Shown piece after piece: positions 1-9,702 of a stretch of DNA of 64,000 nt. Each line of letters opens with the position of its first letter. The first letter of the stretch is position 1. Origin of the DNA: a virus (lineage: Duplodnaviria > Caudoviricetes). The position numbers and the translations under genes were made by a program. A model generated the notes under the pieces. That model ran no database searches. It was not told the origin of the DNA and worked only from the letters and a program-made list of their open reading frames with translations. The stretch lies in IMG/VR virus record IMGVR_UViG_3300027983_002388. The stretch is one strand, 5' to 3'.

Positions 1-92
1 AGCAACTATCTGCCGACTCGTTTGTCACAAGCGATTGAACGGCTTTCTGGTAAAGCCCTTCCTGATCCTTATGTCGCATGGAATATTGAATA

Positions 93-758
93 ATGTATGA
101 AGTATTCGTTCGTGAATCACACGGAGAGTGTCTAGGTTTAATCGTGTTGCTACCGGGTCGTGGACAGCCTGCAAAGGACATCCTGACCCGGTATCATCGC
201 TATTCGACATTAGATCAATTCACATTGGTGGCTGTAGAGCCAGTCGATGAATGGTATCCTGCGCCAAATGGCGCAGAAGATCAAATGGAAGCGGTATGGG
301 GGCTGAGGCTATCTGTGCCTCAGATGGATGGGTTCATTGCTGAACTTGAAGAAGAATTTGAAGTGGATAGGTCCAATGTGACCTTGAGTGGTTTTTCAGC
401 CGGGGCTGTAATGGCAATTCAAATTGCGGCCCACACAGATAGACCATTCAACTCTGTGATTGCTCACAATGGAGCAATTCTGGCACCTGAAGAATTGCCA
501 GAGTCAATTCATCCAACTAAATATCTTGTTCTTCACAACGAAAATGACGATTGCTTTTCATGGGAAGAACGATATTTGCCTATGAAGAATGCACTAATGG
601 AACGAGGTTACGACTTAGAAGTGTTCGAGAACGAAGTCGGTGGTCACTATATCGCTCCAGAAGACGTTGAAGAAGTTGGCCTCTGGTTGAGAGAGCAATA
701 TGATTTACCTATGCCGGAAAAATCAACGGACTCTTTTTCTGAAGAGTCTCCCGAATAA
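93..758 (+). CDS. Alpha/beta hydrolase (phospholipase/carboxylesterase family)
   Basis: GFSAGA nucleophile elbow, LLPGRG oxyanion segment, C-terminal GGH catalytic His. Confidence 0.75.
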   Translation: MYEVFVRESHGECLGLIVLLPGRGQPAKDILTRYHRYSTLDQFTLVAVEPVDEWYPAPNGAEDQMEAVWGLRLSVPQMDGFIAELEEEFEVDRSNVTLSGFSAGAVMAIQIAAHTDRPFNSVIAHNGAILAPEELPESIHPTKYLVLHNENDDCFSWEERYLPMKNALMERGYDLEVFENEVGGHYIAPEDVEEVGLWLREQYDLPMPEKSTDSFSEESPE

Positions 759-1419
759 CTCGGCATGATTGCCTCAAGTCGAACTCTCGACACTTGTGAC
801 ACATCCACGACAACTTGTATTCTTGGAAGGCCCTCATTTCCAATAATAAACGCTTTTTGTGAATGAAGAATTCTTCTTTGCAACATTTGCATATCGTTTG
901 AGTGTATCCGTCTTTGGCTTGTTTGCCAATTTTATGTTTGGAATTATGCGATTCATAATATCGCAGTAATTCATCAGGCATATTTGGCACTATGAAATTA
1001 GAGCCAACCAGCCAGCCATATTTAGAACCATCTTTGTGCATTGACGGCGGCACAACAGATTGATGTTTGTGCGCACGGAATTCCATTCCGTTAAAGACCT
1101 TGCGAGTCAAAGAGGGATCGGGATTCAAAAAAATATGATGTGTTGACTTGGAGCTACGAAACTTAGGATGAGGCGTATATTCTGTCATCTGATGCAAAAG
1201 ATCATTCGCCTCTTCTGTATCTCCTTCAACGTCTACTACACTCCCAAGCAATATACCCATTTCGTAGGCGTTTTCAATTTCAAAGTATGGACGCCATTTT
1301 TCAGCGGTCCAGTTGCCATTCCAATTTAGTCCAACAGGGGCTTTCTTTGCTTTGAAAATCGCAATGGGCTGGAACCCGGCTTGAACGTAGAGTTCAAACC
1401 ATTCTGCTTTTGTTGGCAT
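709..1419 (-). CDS. Bifunctional DNA primase/polymerase (Prim-Pol) N-terminal domain with C-terminal Cys4 zinc ribbon
   Basis: GFQPIAI..KKAP start, GILLG..VVDVEGD acidic motif, H in KSTHHIF, CKCC..CHKC tail. Confidence 0.6.
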   Translation of the reverse strand: MPTKAEWFELYVQAGFQPIAIFKAKKAPVGLNWNGNWTAEKWRPYFEIENAYEMGILLGSVVDVEGDTEEANDLLHQMTEYTPHPKFRSSKSTHHIFLNPDPSLTRKVFNGMEFRAHKHQSVVPPSMHKDGSKYGWLVGSNFIVPNMPDELLRYYESHNSKHKIGKQAKDGYTQTICKCCKEEFFIHKKRLLLEMRAFQEYKLSWMCHKCREFDLRQSCRVIRETLQKKSPLIFPA

Positions 1420-1430
1420 GTGCGTCCTGC

Positions 1431-1589
1431 TTACGAGTGAGATGGATCACGAAGATACGCTTTTGTAGCTTCAATAATATTGTCAGTGGTGAGACTTTCA
1501 ATAACAATGCCCTGACGATGCGCCCACTCTACCACCTTGAGAATATTCTTCTCATTTGATTTGTTGAGCCAGAAGTTTCGCAGTTTCAT
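1431..1589 (-). CDS. Small hypothetical protein
   Basis: ATG at 1589 fills the gap in front of the Prim-Pol gene. Confidence 0.4.
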   Translation of the reverse strand: MKLRNFWLNKSNEKNILKVVEWAHRQGIVIESLTTDNIIEATKAYLRDPSHS

Positions 1590-1624
1590 TTTGCACACTC
1601 TACTATTGTTAAGAGGTAAAATCA

Positions 1625-2533
1625 ATGTCAAAAACAGCCCTAGTTACTGGTGCCAGCGGGTTCGTTGGCCATCATCTTTGCAATATACTTTACAACCAAG
1701 GTTGGAAAGTTGTCGCCATAGGAACCAAAGGTGAACATAAACCTTTGTGTCATAAATTCCTCCAGTTTAACTTAGATGGTATCGCATGGGATTTAGTCCC
1801 AAAGATAGACGTTTGTTTTCATCAGGCGGCAAATAATGATACGACGGATATGGACATGGAAAATATGCTCCGGTCGAACCTGACTGCTCCGTCGAATCTA
1901 TTCTATAGTTTGGCACGAGAAAAAGGTTGCAAACAATTTGTGTATGCGTCCAGTTGTTCTGTATATGGCAACGAGGCTGTGCCATACAAAGAGAAAGAAA
2001 CACGATTAGACCCTTTGAACCCATACGCTCATTCCAAAATGTTGTTTGAGCAATTCGCTGAGAGCTTTGCCCTTGAATACAGCGTCAATCTTATTGGTCT
2101 TAGATATTCCAATGTTTATGGACCGGGAGAAAGTCACAAGGGGAAGCGATCAAGTATGATAAGCCAATTATTGCAAAAAATGCAACTAGGGGAAAGGCCA
2201 AAAATATTCAAATTAGGAGAACATTTAAGAGATTGGGTGTACATCGAAGATGTTATAAGTGCCAACATATTGGCAAGCGAATACAAATACTCAAACGTAT
2301 TCAATGTTGGTTCAGGAGAAGCCATGAGTTTCAACAACGTAGTTGCTACGTTGAATGCCGAATTGGGATCAAATCTGGAACCAGAGTATATCGACTGTCC
2401 ATTCTTAGATACCTATCAATCACACACATTGCTTGATCTAACGCACTCTAAGGCAAATTTAGGATATAACCCCGAATACGGACCAAAGGCGGGAATCAAA
2501 CGATTTGTGGAAGAAATTAGAATCGCTCCTTGA
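1625..2533 (+). CDS. hldD: NAD-dependent epimerase, ADP-L-glycero-D-manno-heptose 6-epimerase-like
   Basis: GASGFVG Rossmann motif, YASS, YAHSK catalytic YxxxK, RYSNVYGPGESHKG segment typical of RfaD/HldD. Confidence 0.7.
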   Translation: MSKTALVTGASGFVGHHLCNILYNQGWKVVAIGTKGEHKPLCHKFLQFNLDGIAWDLVPKIDVCFHQAANNDTTDMDMENMLRSNLTAPSNLFYSLAREKGCKQFVYASSCSVYGNEAVPYKEKETRLDPLNPYAHSKMLFEQFAESFALEYSVNLIGLRYSNVYGPGESHKGKRSSMISQLLQKMQLGERPKIFKLGEHLRDWVYIEDVISANILASEYKYSNVFNVGSGEAMSFNNVVATLNAELGSNLEPEYIDCPFLDTYQSHTLLDLTHSKANLGYNPEYGPKAGIKRFVEEIRIAP

Positions 2534-2703
2534 CTTCTCTTGGTCTGCCAATTGTAGAGTCTTTGTCTATCTTTTCAGAATAGCATCACATACAAAATCA
2601 ATCAAATTACAAACTTTGTATTTGCGACAGAATTCCACGACGACTAATCATAATTCAACCTAACTACAAAAAATTGTTAAATAGCGTTTTGATCCATTGA
2701 ATT

Positions 2704-2734
2704 AAAAAAAAAAGTGTCATTTCTGACACTTTTT
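2704..2734. terminator. Bidirectional intrinsic terminator
   Basis: aaaaagtgtca-tttc-tgacacttttt between convergent genes. Confidence 0.7.
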
Positions 2735-2752
2735 GACCCGTTTATATTGATG

Positions 2753-3721
2753 TTACAAATCGCCTATTCTGCTTTGGACAGGGAATCCTGCTTGTCCCGG
2801 CTCAGGACGAACAGCCTGAGTTAAGTTTTCAGTGTCAACTGGAGTGAACAAGTTTTCGCCATTGCCAGTGCTTTGATATTCAGTCCAACCATCGTTGTAC
2901 TTCGTATCAGGTGAACTGCCAGTCATGCTCTTAACACTGTTCCACCATTTTTCGTCATCAGTAGCTTCTTTTTGCATTTTCTTCTTGGATGACTTCTTGG
3001 AGTTCTTCTTTGAGAACATTGGGCCAGCATCGCCCATGCCACCACCGACATCGCCGCCCTTGCCACCGAGCTTGATCTTAGACTTCAGGTCTTCACCTTC
3101 ATCGTCCCCTTCATCATCGCCCATATCTTCGTCGCTGTCGCCTTCTTCGTCCTCGACGCCCATATCCATATCTTGGTCATCTTCTTCAGCGTCTTCTTCA
3201 TCGTCGCTGTCGTCGTTATCAGACCACATTTTCTTCTTGGACTTCATCATCTTTTTCTTGGACTTCTTTTTAGAGAAGAGAACTGAGTTCAAGTCTTTCT
3301 TGCCCTCGTCGTCTCCTTCGTCGTCGCCCTCAGCGTCAATGTCATCGCCTTCTTCATCATCCATGTCTTCGTCGCCCATATCGGCACCACACTTGGACTT
3401 AGACTTCTTCTTGGACTTAGCACCACACATATTGCTGAACTTAGGCTTTTCGTCACCGTCATCAGCATCTACATCAACGTCCACATCTGGATCGTCTTTG
3501 TCGGACGAAGGCTCGACCATTTCGCCGTCGCCTGTTTCGTCATCATCATCGCCAAACATTTTCTTTTTGGCTTTCTTCTTTGCCATTTTCTTGGATTCTT
3601 CAAGGTCCATGCCGAAACCGGATGGAGCTTGAATTCCGAGGTTTGATGGGTTGGAAATACCAAGATTGAAACTCGGCAATACAGACTCATTCAGCGTCTT
3701 CCACTGTTTGTACGTTAGCAT
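2753..3721 (-). CDS. Acidic/Lys-block low-complexity protein with capsid-targeting-like N-terminus
   Basis: Starts MLTYKQWKTLNES; D/E tracts alternate with SKKKSKKKM blocks; SD GAGGA upstream. Confidence 0.75.
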   Translation of the reverse strand: MLTYKQWKTLNESVLPSFNLGISNPSNLGIQAPSGFGMDLEESKKMAKKKAKKKMFGDDDDETGDGEMVEPSSDKDDPDVDVDVDADDGDEKPKFSNMCGAKSKKKSKSKCGADMGDEDMDDEEGDDIDAEGDDEGDDEGKKDLNSVLFSKKKSKKKMMKSKKKMWSDNDDSDDEEDAEEDDQDMDMGVEDEEGDSDEDMGDDEGDDEGEDLKSKIKLGGKGGDVGGGMGDAGPMFSKKNSKKSSKKKMQKEATDDEKWWNSVKSMTGSSPDTKYNDGWTEYQSTGNGENLFTPVDTENLTQAVRPEPGQAGFPVQSRIGDL

Positions 3722-3796
3722 AATTATTCCTCTTTCGATCTAAACGGGTTAAATCTATATATGTCAGGCTCCAAATCTTTTCCAAAGGAACGGGAA

Positions 3797-4618
3797 ATGA
3801 AAAAAATACTTCTCGCCTTGGCTTTCTTCGGTGCATTAGCGTATTTGTATTGGGTTTTGACAACACCGAGAATAACGCCGGTTTATCTATCCCCCACAGA
3901 TCAAATATCTAAGCAAGAAAAGCCACAGCCAATTCATGAGATTTACGATATTATCAAAGTAATCAACGATAGAAGCTCAAAGATCAAGAGCCTTTATATT
4001 GACGAAATGCCTATTCGTCTTCAACAAGGCAACATGACCGCCAAGGTATATGGTGAGTTAGCAATGGAAAAAGAAAAGAACTTCCGATTAAAGGTGACAC
4101 ACCGATTGACCGGAAAAGAGATGGATATTGGGTCAAATAAGAGTCATTTTTGGTTCTGGTCCAAACGCATGACCCCACCCTCTCTGCACTTTGCAAAGCA
4201 TGAAGACCTTGACAAAACGATGCTGCGAACCGCCCTAAATCCATCCTGGATGATGGAATCCCTCAATATAAGTCCGGTCAACACAGAAAACATTGAAATC
4301 GCCAAATTCAAAGACTTTTGGGCAACCATTCAACCCAGAACAAGTAGTACCGGCGAAAAAGTCACAGTTGTTACGTTGATCCATCCTACTCAAAAAGTAA
4401 TTGTTGGAAGATATTTGTATAATCAAGACGGAAAATTGATCGCCAGCACTGAGTATCAGGACTTTTCCAGTGCCATTCCTCGAAAGATATTTATCATCTG
4501 GTATGAGGAAGGAATAACTTTGGATTGGGATTTATCTGGAGTACAAACAAATGTGGGCATCAATCCACAATTCTGGGTGATGCCCGACATGAAAAACAAA
4601 ATAGACATGGGAAAATAG
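3797..4618 (+). CDS. Membrane-anchored protein, possibly LolA-like beta fold
   Basis: N-terminal hydrophobic helix MKKILLALAFFGALAYLYWV; beta-rich body; SD upstream of ATG 3797. Confidence 0.5.
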   Translation: MKKILLALAFFGALAYLYWVLTTPRITPVYLSPTDQISKQEKPQPIHEIYDIIKVINDRSSKIKSLYIDEMPIRLQQGNMTAKVYGELAMEKEKNFRLKVTHRLTGKEMDIGSNKSHFWFWSKRMTPPSLHFAKHEDLDKTMLRTALNPSWMMESLNISPVNTENIEIAKFKDFWATIQPRTSSTGEKVTVVTLIHPTQKVIVGRYLYNQDGKLIASTEYQDFSSAIPRKIFIIWYEEGITLDWDLSGVQTNVGINPQFWVMPDMKNKIDMGK

Positions 4619-4852
4619 TTACTTGTTGAGTGCCTTTCTGATGGCATCTCGTCTAATCGCCTGTGTCTTGCGACGTTCGGCACTCAATCCAGCAGCATTA
4701 GTCTGCTGTGGAGGCGCTGCGGCTTGCGCACGAAGCTGAGTTGGTGTAGGACCAGCAGCTATGCCGCCTGATGTTGAACGAACAGATGTGCTAGGACGAA
4801 GAACTGGTCCGTTTCTACTTCCGCCTCTATTTTTAGTGCATCCACATGCCAT
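4619..4852 (-). CDS. Small basic protein starting MACGC
   Basis: ORF in a compact two-gene unit. Confidence 0.5.
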   Translation of the reverse strand: MACGCTKNRGGSRNGPVLRPSTSVRSTSGGIAAGPTPTQLRAQAAAPPQQTNAAGLSAERRKTQAIRRDAIRKALNK

Positions 4853-4860
4853 AGTTGACC

Positions 4861-5046
4861 TCACATGAAATAACGTGTATTGGTTTTATAGATCGAGTTT
4901 TTTCTTTGATTTGTCTTTTGAATACGACTAATCAACCTTTGTTGCTGCTCGGTCAATGGTGGATTTGTTGCAAGATTAGTGCTTCCGCAACCACAACCTT
5001 TCGGTTTCTCTTCTGGTTTGTCGCTTGGTACTTGCAATTCATCCAT
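4861..5046 (-). CDS. Small protein with GCGCG motif
   Basis: ORF preceded by TAAATA 4 nt upstream of ATG. Confidence 0.5.
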   Translation of the reverse strand: MDELQVPSDKPEEKPKGCGCGSTNLATNPPLTEQQQRLISRIQKTNQRKNSIYKTNTRYFM

Positions 5047-5055
5047 ACTCTATTT

Positions 5056-6570
5056 ATGAATGAGCAACCAAAAAGGATTTCCAATATGTTTACAGAAGAC
5101 GATGTTTTGAAGTTGATTGAAAAAGCAATCGAAGCTGCATTCAAAAAGTTTAAGGCGGGATGCTATCAGGACGCCGAAATAATACTCAATCAAACCATTA
5201 AAGTCTTTCCTACAGAAATTCACGCATTGCAATTGATGGGTCTTGTAAAACACAATCTTGGCAAATTCACAGAAGCCATCGACATCTTCAACAAAACAAT
5301 AGAAATTGCTCCCAACGATCCAGAAAACTATAACAACATAGGTTTGTGTTATTCAAACAATGGAAAATACGATGCTGCAATTGAAATGCTAAAAAAGGCC
5401 ATCGAACTAAATCCAACTTGCGCCTACATGCACAGCAACCTGGGGCTTCAACACAGAAACATCAATAATCTCGATTCCGCTATCGAATGTTTCCAAAAAT
5501 CACTTTCTATCGAAGAGAGTGATTTAACCTGGGGCATGTTAGGTGGATGCTACGGGGAAAAACGTCATTTAGACGACGCTGAAAGGTGTTTCAAAAAGTC
5601 GATTGAAATCAACCCAAACTTTGCTGGTGGCCATGTAGACTTGGCAAACGTATATCACTTAAAAGGCGAGTGGGATAAGGCTTGGGAAGAATACGAATGG
5701 CGATATGAAGTATTTGAACAACTTAAAGTATGGAAAAATCTCTATGACCCAAGCAAGACATGGAATGGCGAACCACTTGATGGCAAGACTATAATCGTTC
5801 ATGGAGAACAAGGTCACGGTGATACCATTCAGTTCTTCAGATACATCCATCATTTGAAAGCTCGTGTCATATTACACTGTTCAAATGATTTGGCTTCTAT
5901 TTTTGCTGGTCATGTAGATGAGATTTACACAAATGAACCTAGTGAAACTAAAACAGAACAATTGCCAGTTCACGACTACCACTGTTCTATTTTGAGTTTG
6001 CCTTATCTTCTAAAACTGAAAGCGATACCGCCTTTCTCATTGAAGATTGACAAAAGTATAAATCTTGATGGTTACTCTAATCTAATGAAGATCGGCATTG
6101 TTTGGGCGGGAAATCCACAACATCCAAACGACGCCAATCGCTCCTGCCATCTGAAACATTTTCGTGAGATTCATGATATTCCTGGCGTTAAATTGTTTAG
6201 CTTAGTCAAGGACATACGACCTCGCATCTACCGCTTTAACGCCAATCCAATTGATCTCACCGAAGAAACTGAGGACATGAAAATTGTGGATATGGCACCA
6301 ATGATGGAAACATTCAGAGACACAGCAGAAGTCATCAATTCTCTCGATTTAGTGATTACTGTAGACACATCTGTTCTGCATCTCGCCGGATCAATGGGAA
6401 AACCGACCTGGGCCTTATTGCCGTGGACTTGTGACTGGAGATGGGGTTCAGGAGAAGAAACAATATGGTATCCGAGCGTTCGGATATTTCGCCAACCGTC
6501 CAAAGGCGATTGGCAGTCAGTATTTTCAAACATCAAAAAAGAGATTTACAATGAACAACGATTATGTTGA
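5056..6570 (+). CDS. TPR-repeat glycosyltransferase (GT9-like GT-B C-terminal domain)
   Basis: About six TPR repeats, then HGEQGHGDTIQFFRY and DLVITVDTSVLHLAGSMGKPTW; start moved to ATG 5056. Confidence 0.8.
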   Translation: MNEQPKRISNMFTEDDVLKLIEKAIEAAFKKFKAGCYQDAEIILNQTIKVFPTEIHALQLMGLVKHNLGKFTEAIDIFNKTIEIAPNDPENYNNIGLCYSNNGKYDAAIEMLKKAIELNPTCAYMHSNLGLQHRNINNLDSAIECFQKSLSIEESDLTWGMLGGCYGEKRHLDDAERCFKKSIEINPNFAGGHVDLANVYHLKGEWDKAWEEYEWRYEVFEQLKVWKNLYDPSKTWNGEPLDGKTIIVHGEQGHGDTIQFFRYIHHLKARVILHCSNDLASIFAGHVDEIYTNEPSETKTEQLPVHDYHCSILSLPYLLKLKAIPPFSLKIDKSINLDGYSNLMKIGIVWAGNPQHPNDANRSCHLKHFREIHDIPGVKLFSLVKDIRPRIYRFNANPIDLTEETEDMKIVDMAPMMETFRDTAEVINSLDLVITVDTSVLHLAGSMGKPTWALLPWTCDWRWGSGEETIWYPSVRIFRQPSKGDWQSVFSNIKKEIYNEQRLC

Positions 6571-6823
6571 GAAGAATTTAGTTTACCAAGATCAGGTGCA
6601 ACAAATTGCAAAGCTGGTATTTCACGCCTTCTATTATGATGAAGAAGAAAAATTCAATGCTTCATCACCTGAAGTTTACGAAAAAGAAGTCATCAGTGAT
6701 TTGTTACCGATGTCAGATAAGATTTTTCAATTCTTTGGAACTGCGGACGAAGCGAAGAAAGCAATTCGCTTCCTACATACAGTAAATCCAATTAAGGCCA
6801 AGGAAATATTTGATGAACTGTAA
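6551..6823 (+). CDS. Hypothetical protein
   Basis: ORF overlapping neighbours in an operon. Confidence 0.55.
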   Translation: MNNDYVEKNLVYQDQVQQIAKLVFHAFYYDEEEKFNASSPEVYEKEVISDLLPMSDKIFQFFGTADEAKKAIRFLHTVNPIKAKEIFDEL

Positions 6824-7658
6824 AATCTTCTACAGGATTAGCAGCAATAGCCTGTCTAAGCCAAAACTGCCTGGGGCCAACAAGCTCCGTTGCTTGGACA
6901 ACTTCATTAGCGTATTTGGTCCTGAAATAAACGTCCTGGCAGACAATTGCGATCCAGATATATTGGGCGAACTTGAACGCCGTCATTTACGCACTTTGGA
7001 CACGGATTATGGAAACGCCCAATCGTTTTTGCATACATTGTCTGAGGTTAAATATTGTTCAGACGATACAGTGGTCTATTTTGTAGAAGATGATTACCTT
7101 CATTTGCCGACATCTCGCACACTTCTTGAAGAAGGCATTGATTCTGGAGCCGATTACGTCAGTCTGTATGACCACCCGGACAAATATGGTCCGTTATATG
7201 ATGGAGGCGAAACATCCAAGGTATTTCGCACAGCGTCATCTCATTGGAGAACTTCCATATCCACTTGCATGACATTTGCAGCAACAGCGAGCGTGCTAAA
7301 GACGGACATGGAAACATGGCAGAAATGGTGCCAAGGTGCAAACCCCGACGATCATGGTGCCTTTTGTGATTTGAATGCCCAAGGTCGAAAATTGGCAGTA
7401 TCCATTCCGGGGGCTGAGTGTCACACAGATTTGAACTATTCGACAATCATTGGAGAGAATTGGATCGAGCCGTGGGCAATCCAGATGATGCTAAAAAATA
7501 TAGAGCAAAGCATATACAAGTCATATGATGCCGATGCTATTGATGCAATGGAAGAAATACTTCATCACCAAAGAGAGCAACATAACGACTTGTCTAAATT
7601 GGTATTGATTTCAGAAATTGAAAGTCACAGCAAAAAGAAAAAAGCGAGTAAACTGTGA
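6813..7658 (+). CDS. GT-A fold glycosyltransferase
   Basis: VYFVEDDYLH motif, YVSLYDHPDKY. Confidence 0.65.
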   Translation: MNCKIFYRISSNSLSKPKLPGANKLRCLDNFISVFGPEINVLADNCDPDILGELERRHLRTLDTDYGNAQSFLHTLSEVKYCSDDTVVYFVEDDYLHLPTSRTLLEEGIDSGADYVSLYDHPDKYGPLYDGGETSKVFRTASSHWRTSISTCMTFAATASVLKTDMETWQKWCQGANPDDHGAFCDLNAQGRKLAVSIPGAECHTDLNYSTIIGENWIEPWAIQMMLKNIEQSIYKSYDADAIDAMEEILHHQREQHNDLSKLVLISEIESHSKKKKASKL

Positions 7659-7699
7659 TGTTTACTCGCTTTCAGAAGTGATTTCAACAAGCTCAGTAA

Positions 7700-8044
7700 T
7701 TACGACTGAGTGGTTGTCGATGCAGAAGACTTGCTCTTGGCCGGAGCCTTGACAGAAGTGACCTTCTTAGAAGCGGCAGACTTCTTTGCAGCTTTCTTCA
7801 GCGTTGCGGTTGCAGGAGTCGCAGTCTTGCTGCTGTCGCTGACATCAACATCAGTGAAGCCCAGAGATTTGGCTAGATTGCGTGCAGCGCCGCTGACTGC
7901 GGACTTTGTAGGGAACTGTGTGCTACCATCACTACGACGAGCCAACTTGGTTGGCTTGAGTCCAGCGATGCTGACGGTTCCTTCATAATAATCACCAGCA
8001 TCGCTCTTGCGGCTGGCTACTCGGACAGAGAGAGTGTTGCTCAT
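7700..8044 (-). CDS. Small basic protein with histone H1-like Lys/Ala tail
   Basis: C-terminus KKAAKKSAASKKVTSVKAPAKSK; SD AGAAAGG upstream. Confidence 0.55.
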   Translation of the reverse strand: MSNTLSVRVASRKSDAGDYYEGTVSIAGLKPTKLARRSDGSTQFPTKSAVSGAARNLAKSLGFTDVDVSDSSKTATPATATLKKAAKKSAASKKVTSVKAPAKSKSSASTTTQS

Positions 8045-8141
8045 TCGGGTTCGTACCTTTCTTTCATGAAATAAGTCTGTATAGATTCCCAGACGTTAGG
8101 GAATTCTATATTCAACATAGTAGTCAGTCAATATCTTTCGC

Positions 8142-8840
8142 TTATTTTTTTGCTTTCAAATCATCAAAGACAAAGTTTCTCATCTTGTCCAAGCTGCACA
8201 TCTTTGGCTCGACGACCCCTGTGTTGGCAAGAGTCGGGATCAACATGCGACGATCAGCCGGTCGAAATCGCTTGCGATAAAATCCATCGACCGCATCTTT
8301 ATATTTCAAAAACAAAGAGGACATGCTCACGCCTGGAGTTGTTTCTGACAAGTTGAAAGTCGTCAAAATACTCACGATGGTTTTCATGACTTCATCTATG
8401 TGTATTTTCTTTTTGCTTTTGCCGATCCTGGAGAAGTTCAAGAACCAGAGCATGGTATCAGGATCGTATAAAAACAACGGGTTCACCAAACCGGCGTGGC
8501 AATGAGCGTCGATATAATCCTCAATTTGAGAAATCCAGAGTTTTTGACCATTGTTGGCTTGGATATAGTTCTGAAAATAGAAGTACCCAATTATGCTCCG
8601 AAAGCTCAAAATCAAGACATCTCGGTTTCCCTTGTTGTTTAAGCCATGCCGAAGACAAAAGGAACAGTAAAAATTTCCTGGACCGGAGAGCCTATCTATA
8701 AGCGATGATTGGACACTAGCGGTTTCGCAGTTCTTTTCGCAAAAGAAGCATTTACGAAAAACTTTGTCCGATAGCTCTCCTGAAAGGGTGGCTGGGATCG
8801 GTTTGAGCCGAACTTGGCTTATAGAAAGTTTTTCAGACAT
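8142..8840 (-). CDS. Hypothetical protein with Cys4 zinc finger
   Basis: CFFC...CSFC; 232-aa ORF. Confidence 0.6.
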   Translation of the reverse strand: MSEKLSISQVRLKPIPATLSGELSDKVFRKCFFCEKNCETASVQSSLIDRLSGPGNFYCSFCLRHGLNNKGNRDVLILSFRSIIGYFYFQNYIQANNGQKLWISQIEDYIDAHCHAGLVNPLFLYDPDTMLWFLNFSRIGKSKKKIHIDEVMKTIVSILTTFNLSETTPGVSMSSLFLKYKDAVDGFYRKRFRPADRRMLIPTLANTGVVEPKMCSLDKMRNFVFDDLKAKK

Positions 8841-8926
8841 CGTTTATTCACCGAAATTTGTAAAAGCTCGCATACATAATAAGAAGCGAGTGAACTCTAC
8901 TCAATCACCAGAACGAGGAAAAAAAT

Positions 8927-9151
8927 ATGAAGACATTTATTCAATGGGCAGGCGAAGTCAAGAAAGAACTGCCTCTGTACATGCAAGACGAAAATACAAA
9001 GCGTGCTGGTATTGCACATTGGGCTTACCCGGACGCATACGTCCGTCAGCAGTATCCAGATGCTTATTTCATGCCTCACGCCGCTGATGCTCTACAGAAA
9101 ATGGGAAAACATCAGCCAAGTCGCAAGGCTCCTGCTGATAGCTCTTGGTAA
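8927..9151 (+). CDS. Small protein with capsid-targeting-like N-terminus
   Basis: Starts MKTFIQWAGE; SD GAGGA. Confidence 0.65.
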   Translation: MKTFIQWAGEVKKELPLYMQDENTKRAGIAHWAYPDAYVRQQYPDAYFMPHAADALQKMGKHQPSRKAPADSSW

Positions 9152-9226
9152 GTAACAAACCCGCTGCTACTCTGGTCTGAAAAGACAATTGAGCATTAAG
9201 GGCGGGTAGACATTTACCTTTAGTTA

Positions 9227-9258
9227 AAAAACCCCTGCCTTTATTGGCGGGGGTTTTT
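9227..9258. terminator. Bidirectional intrinsic terminator
   Basis: aaaaacccctgcc-tttatt-ggcgggggttttt. Confidence 0.75.
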
Positions 9259-9261
9259 GTT

Positions 9262-9597
9262 TTAGCCCTTAACTTTGTTGATGCGGTCGTTGTGATCCTT
9301 GGCAGTAATCGACTCTTCTTCAACTGGAAGCATTTCGGGACATCTTTCCCAATAACCCCATTGATCTTCATTTTGTGGGTTTTGGAAGACCATGCCCTTC
9401 TTCCAATACTTATTCAATATTTCATCGACCCGCTCCTTGGACAACTTTGATTCCTTGGAAAGTTGAGCGGTTGATCGCCATTGCCATTTGATGCTGCGAG
9501 CCAAAGCGATAAAAAATCCTTGTTCCTCGTCGCCCTCTTTGGTGCCTTGGGGATACACTGAAGTCCATTTGGGCGGTGTCTTTGTTTTATTCTTCAT
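9262..9597 (-). CDS. Hypothetical protein, possible winged-helix
   Basis: SD GGAG before ATG 9597; STAQLSKESKLSKERVDEILNKYWKKGMV. Confidence 0.55.
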   Translation of the reverse strand: MKNKTKTPPKWTSVYPQGTKEGDEEQGFFIALARSIKWQWRSTAQLSKESKLSKERVDEILNKYWKKGMVFQNPQNEDQWGYWERCPEMLPVEEESITAKDHNDRINKVKG

Positions 9598-9702
9598 GAT
9601 TGACTCCGAAAAAAATGGCGAGATTGCCATACTATAATAATGAGGTATTTGGAGAAAATCCAACCCTTTGAATTATATACTCTGCTTAAAAGGAAATGCC
9701 AA

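Noticed and set aside
2895-3632. 245-aa Ser/Phe-rich plus-strand ORF
   Set aside because: Antisense shadow of the D/K-rich gene on the minus strand.
4855-5055. Long N-terminal extension of the TPR glycosyltransferase
   Set aside because: It overlaps a plausible minus-strand gene; ATG 5056 gives a normal TPR start.
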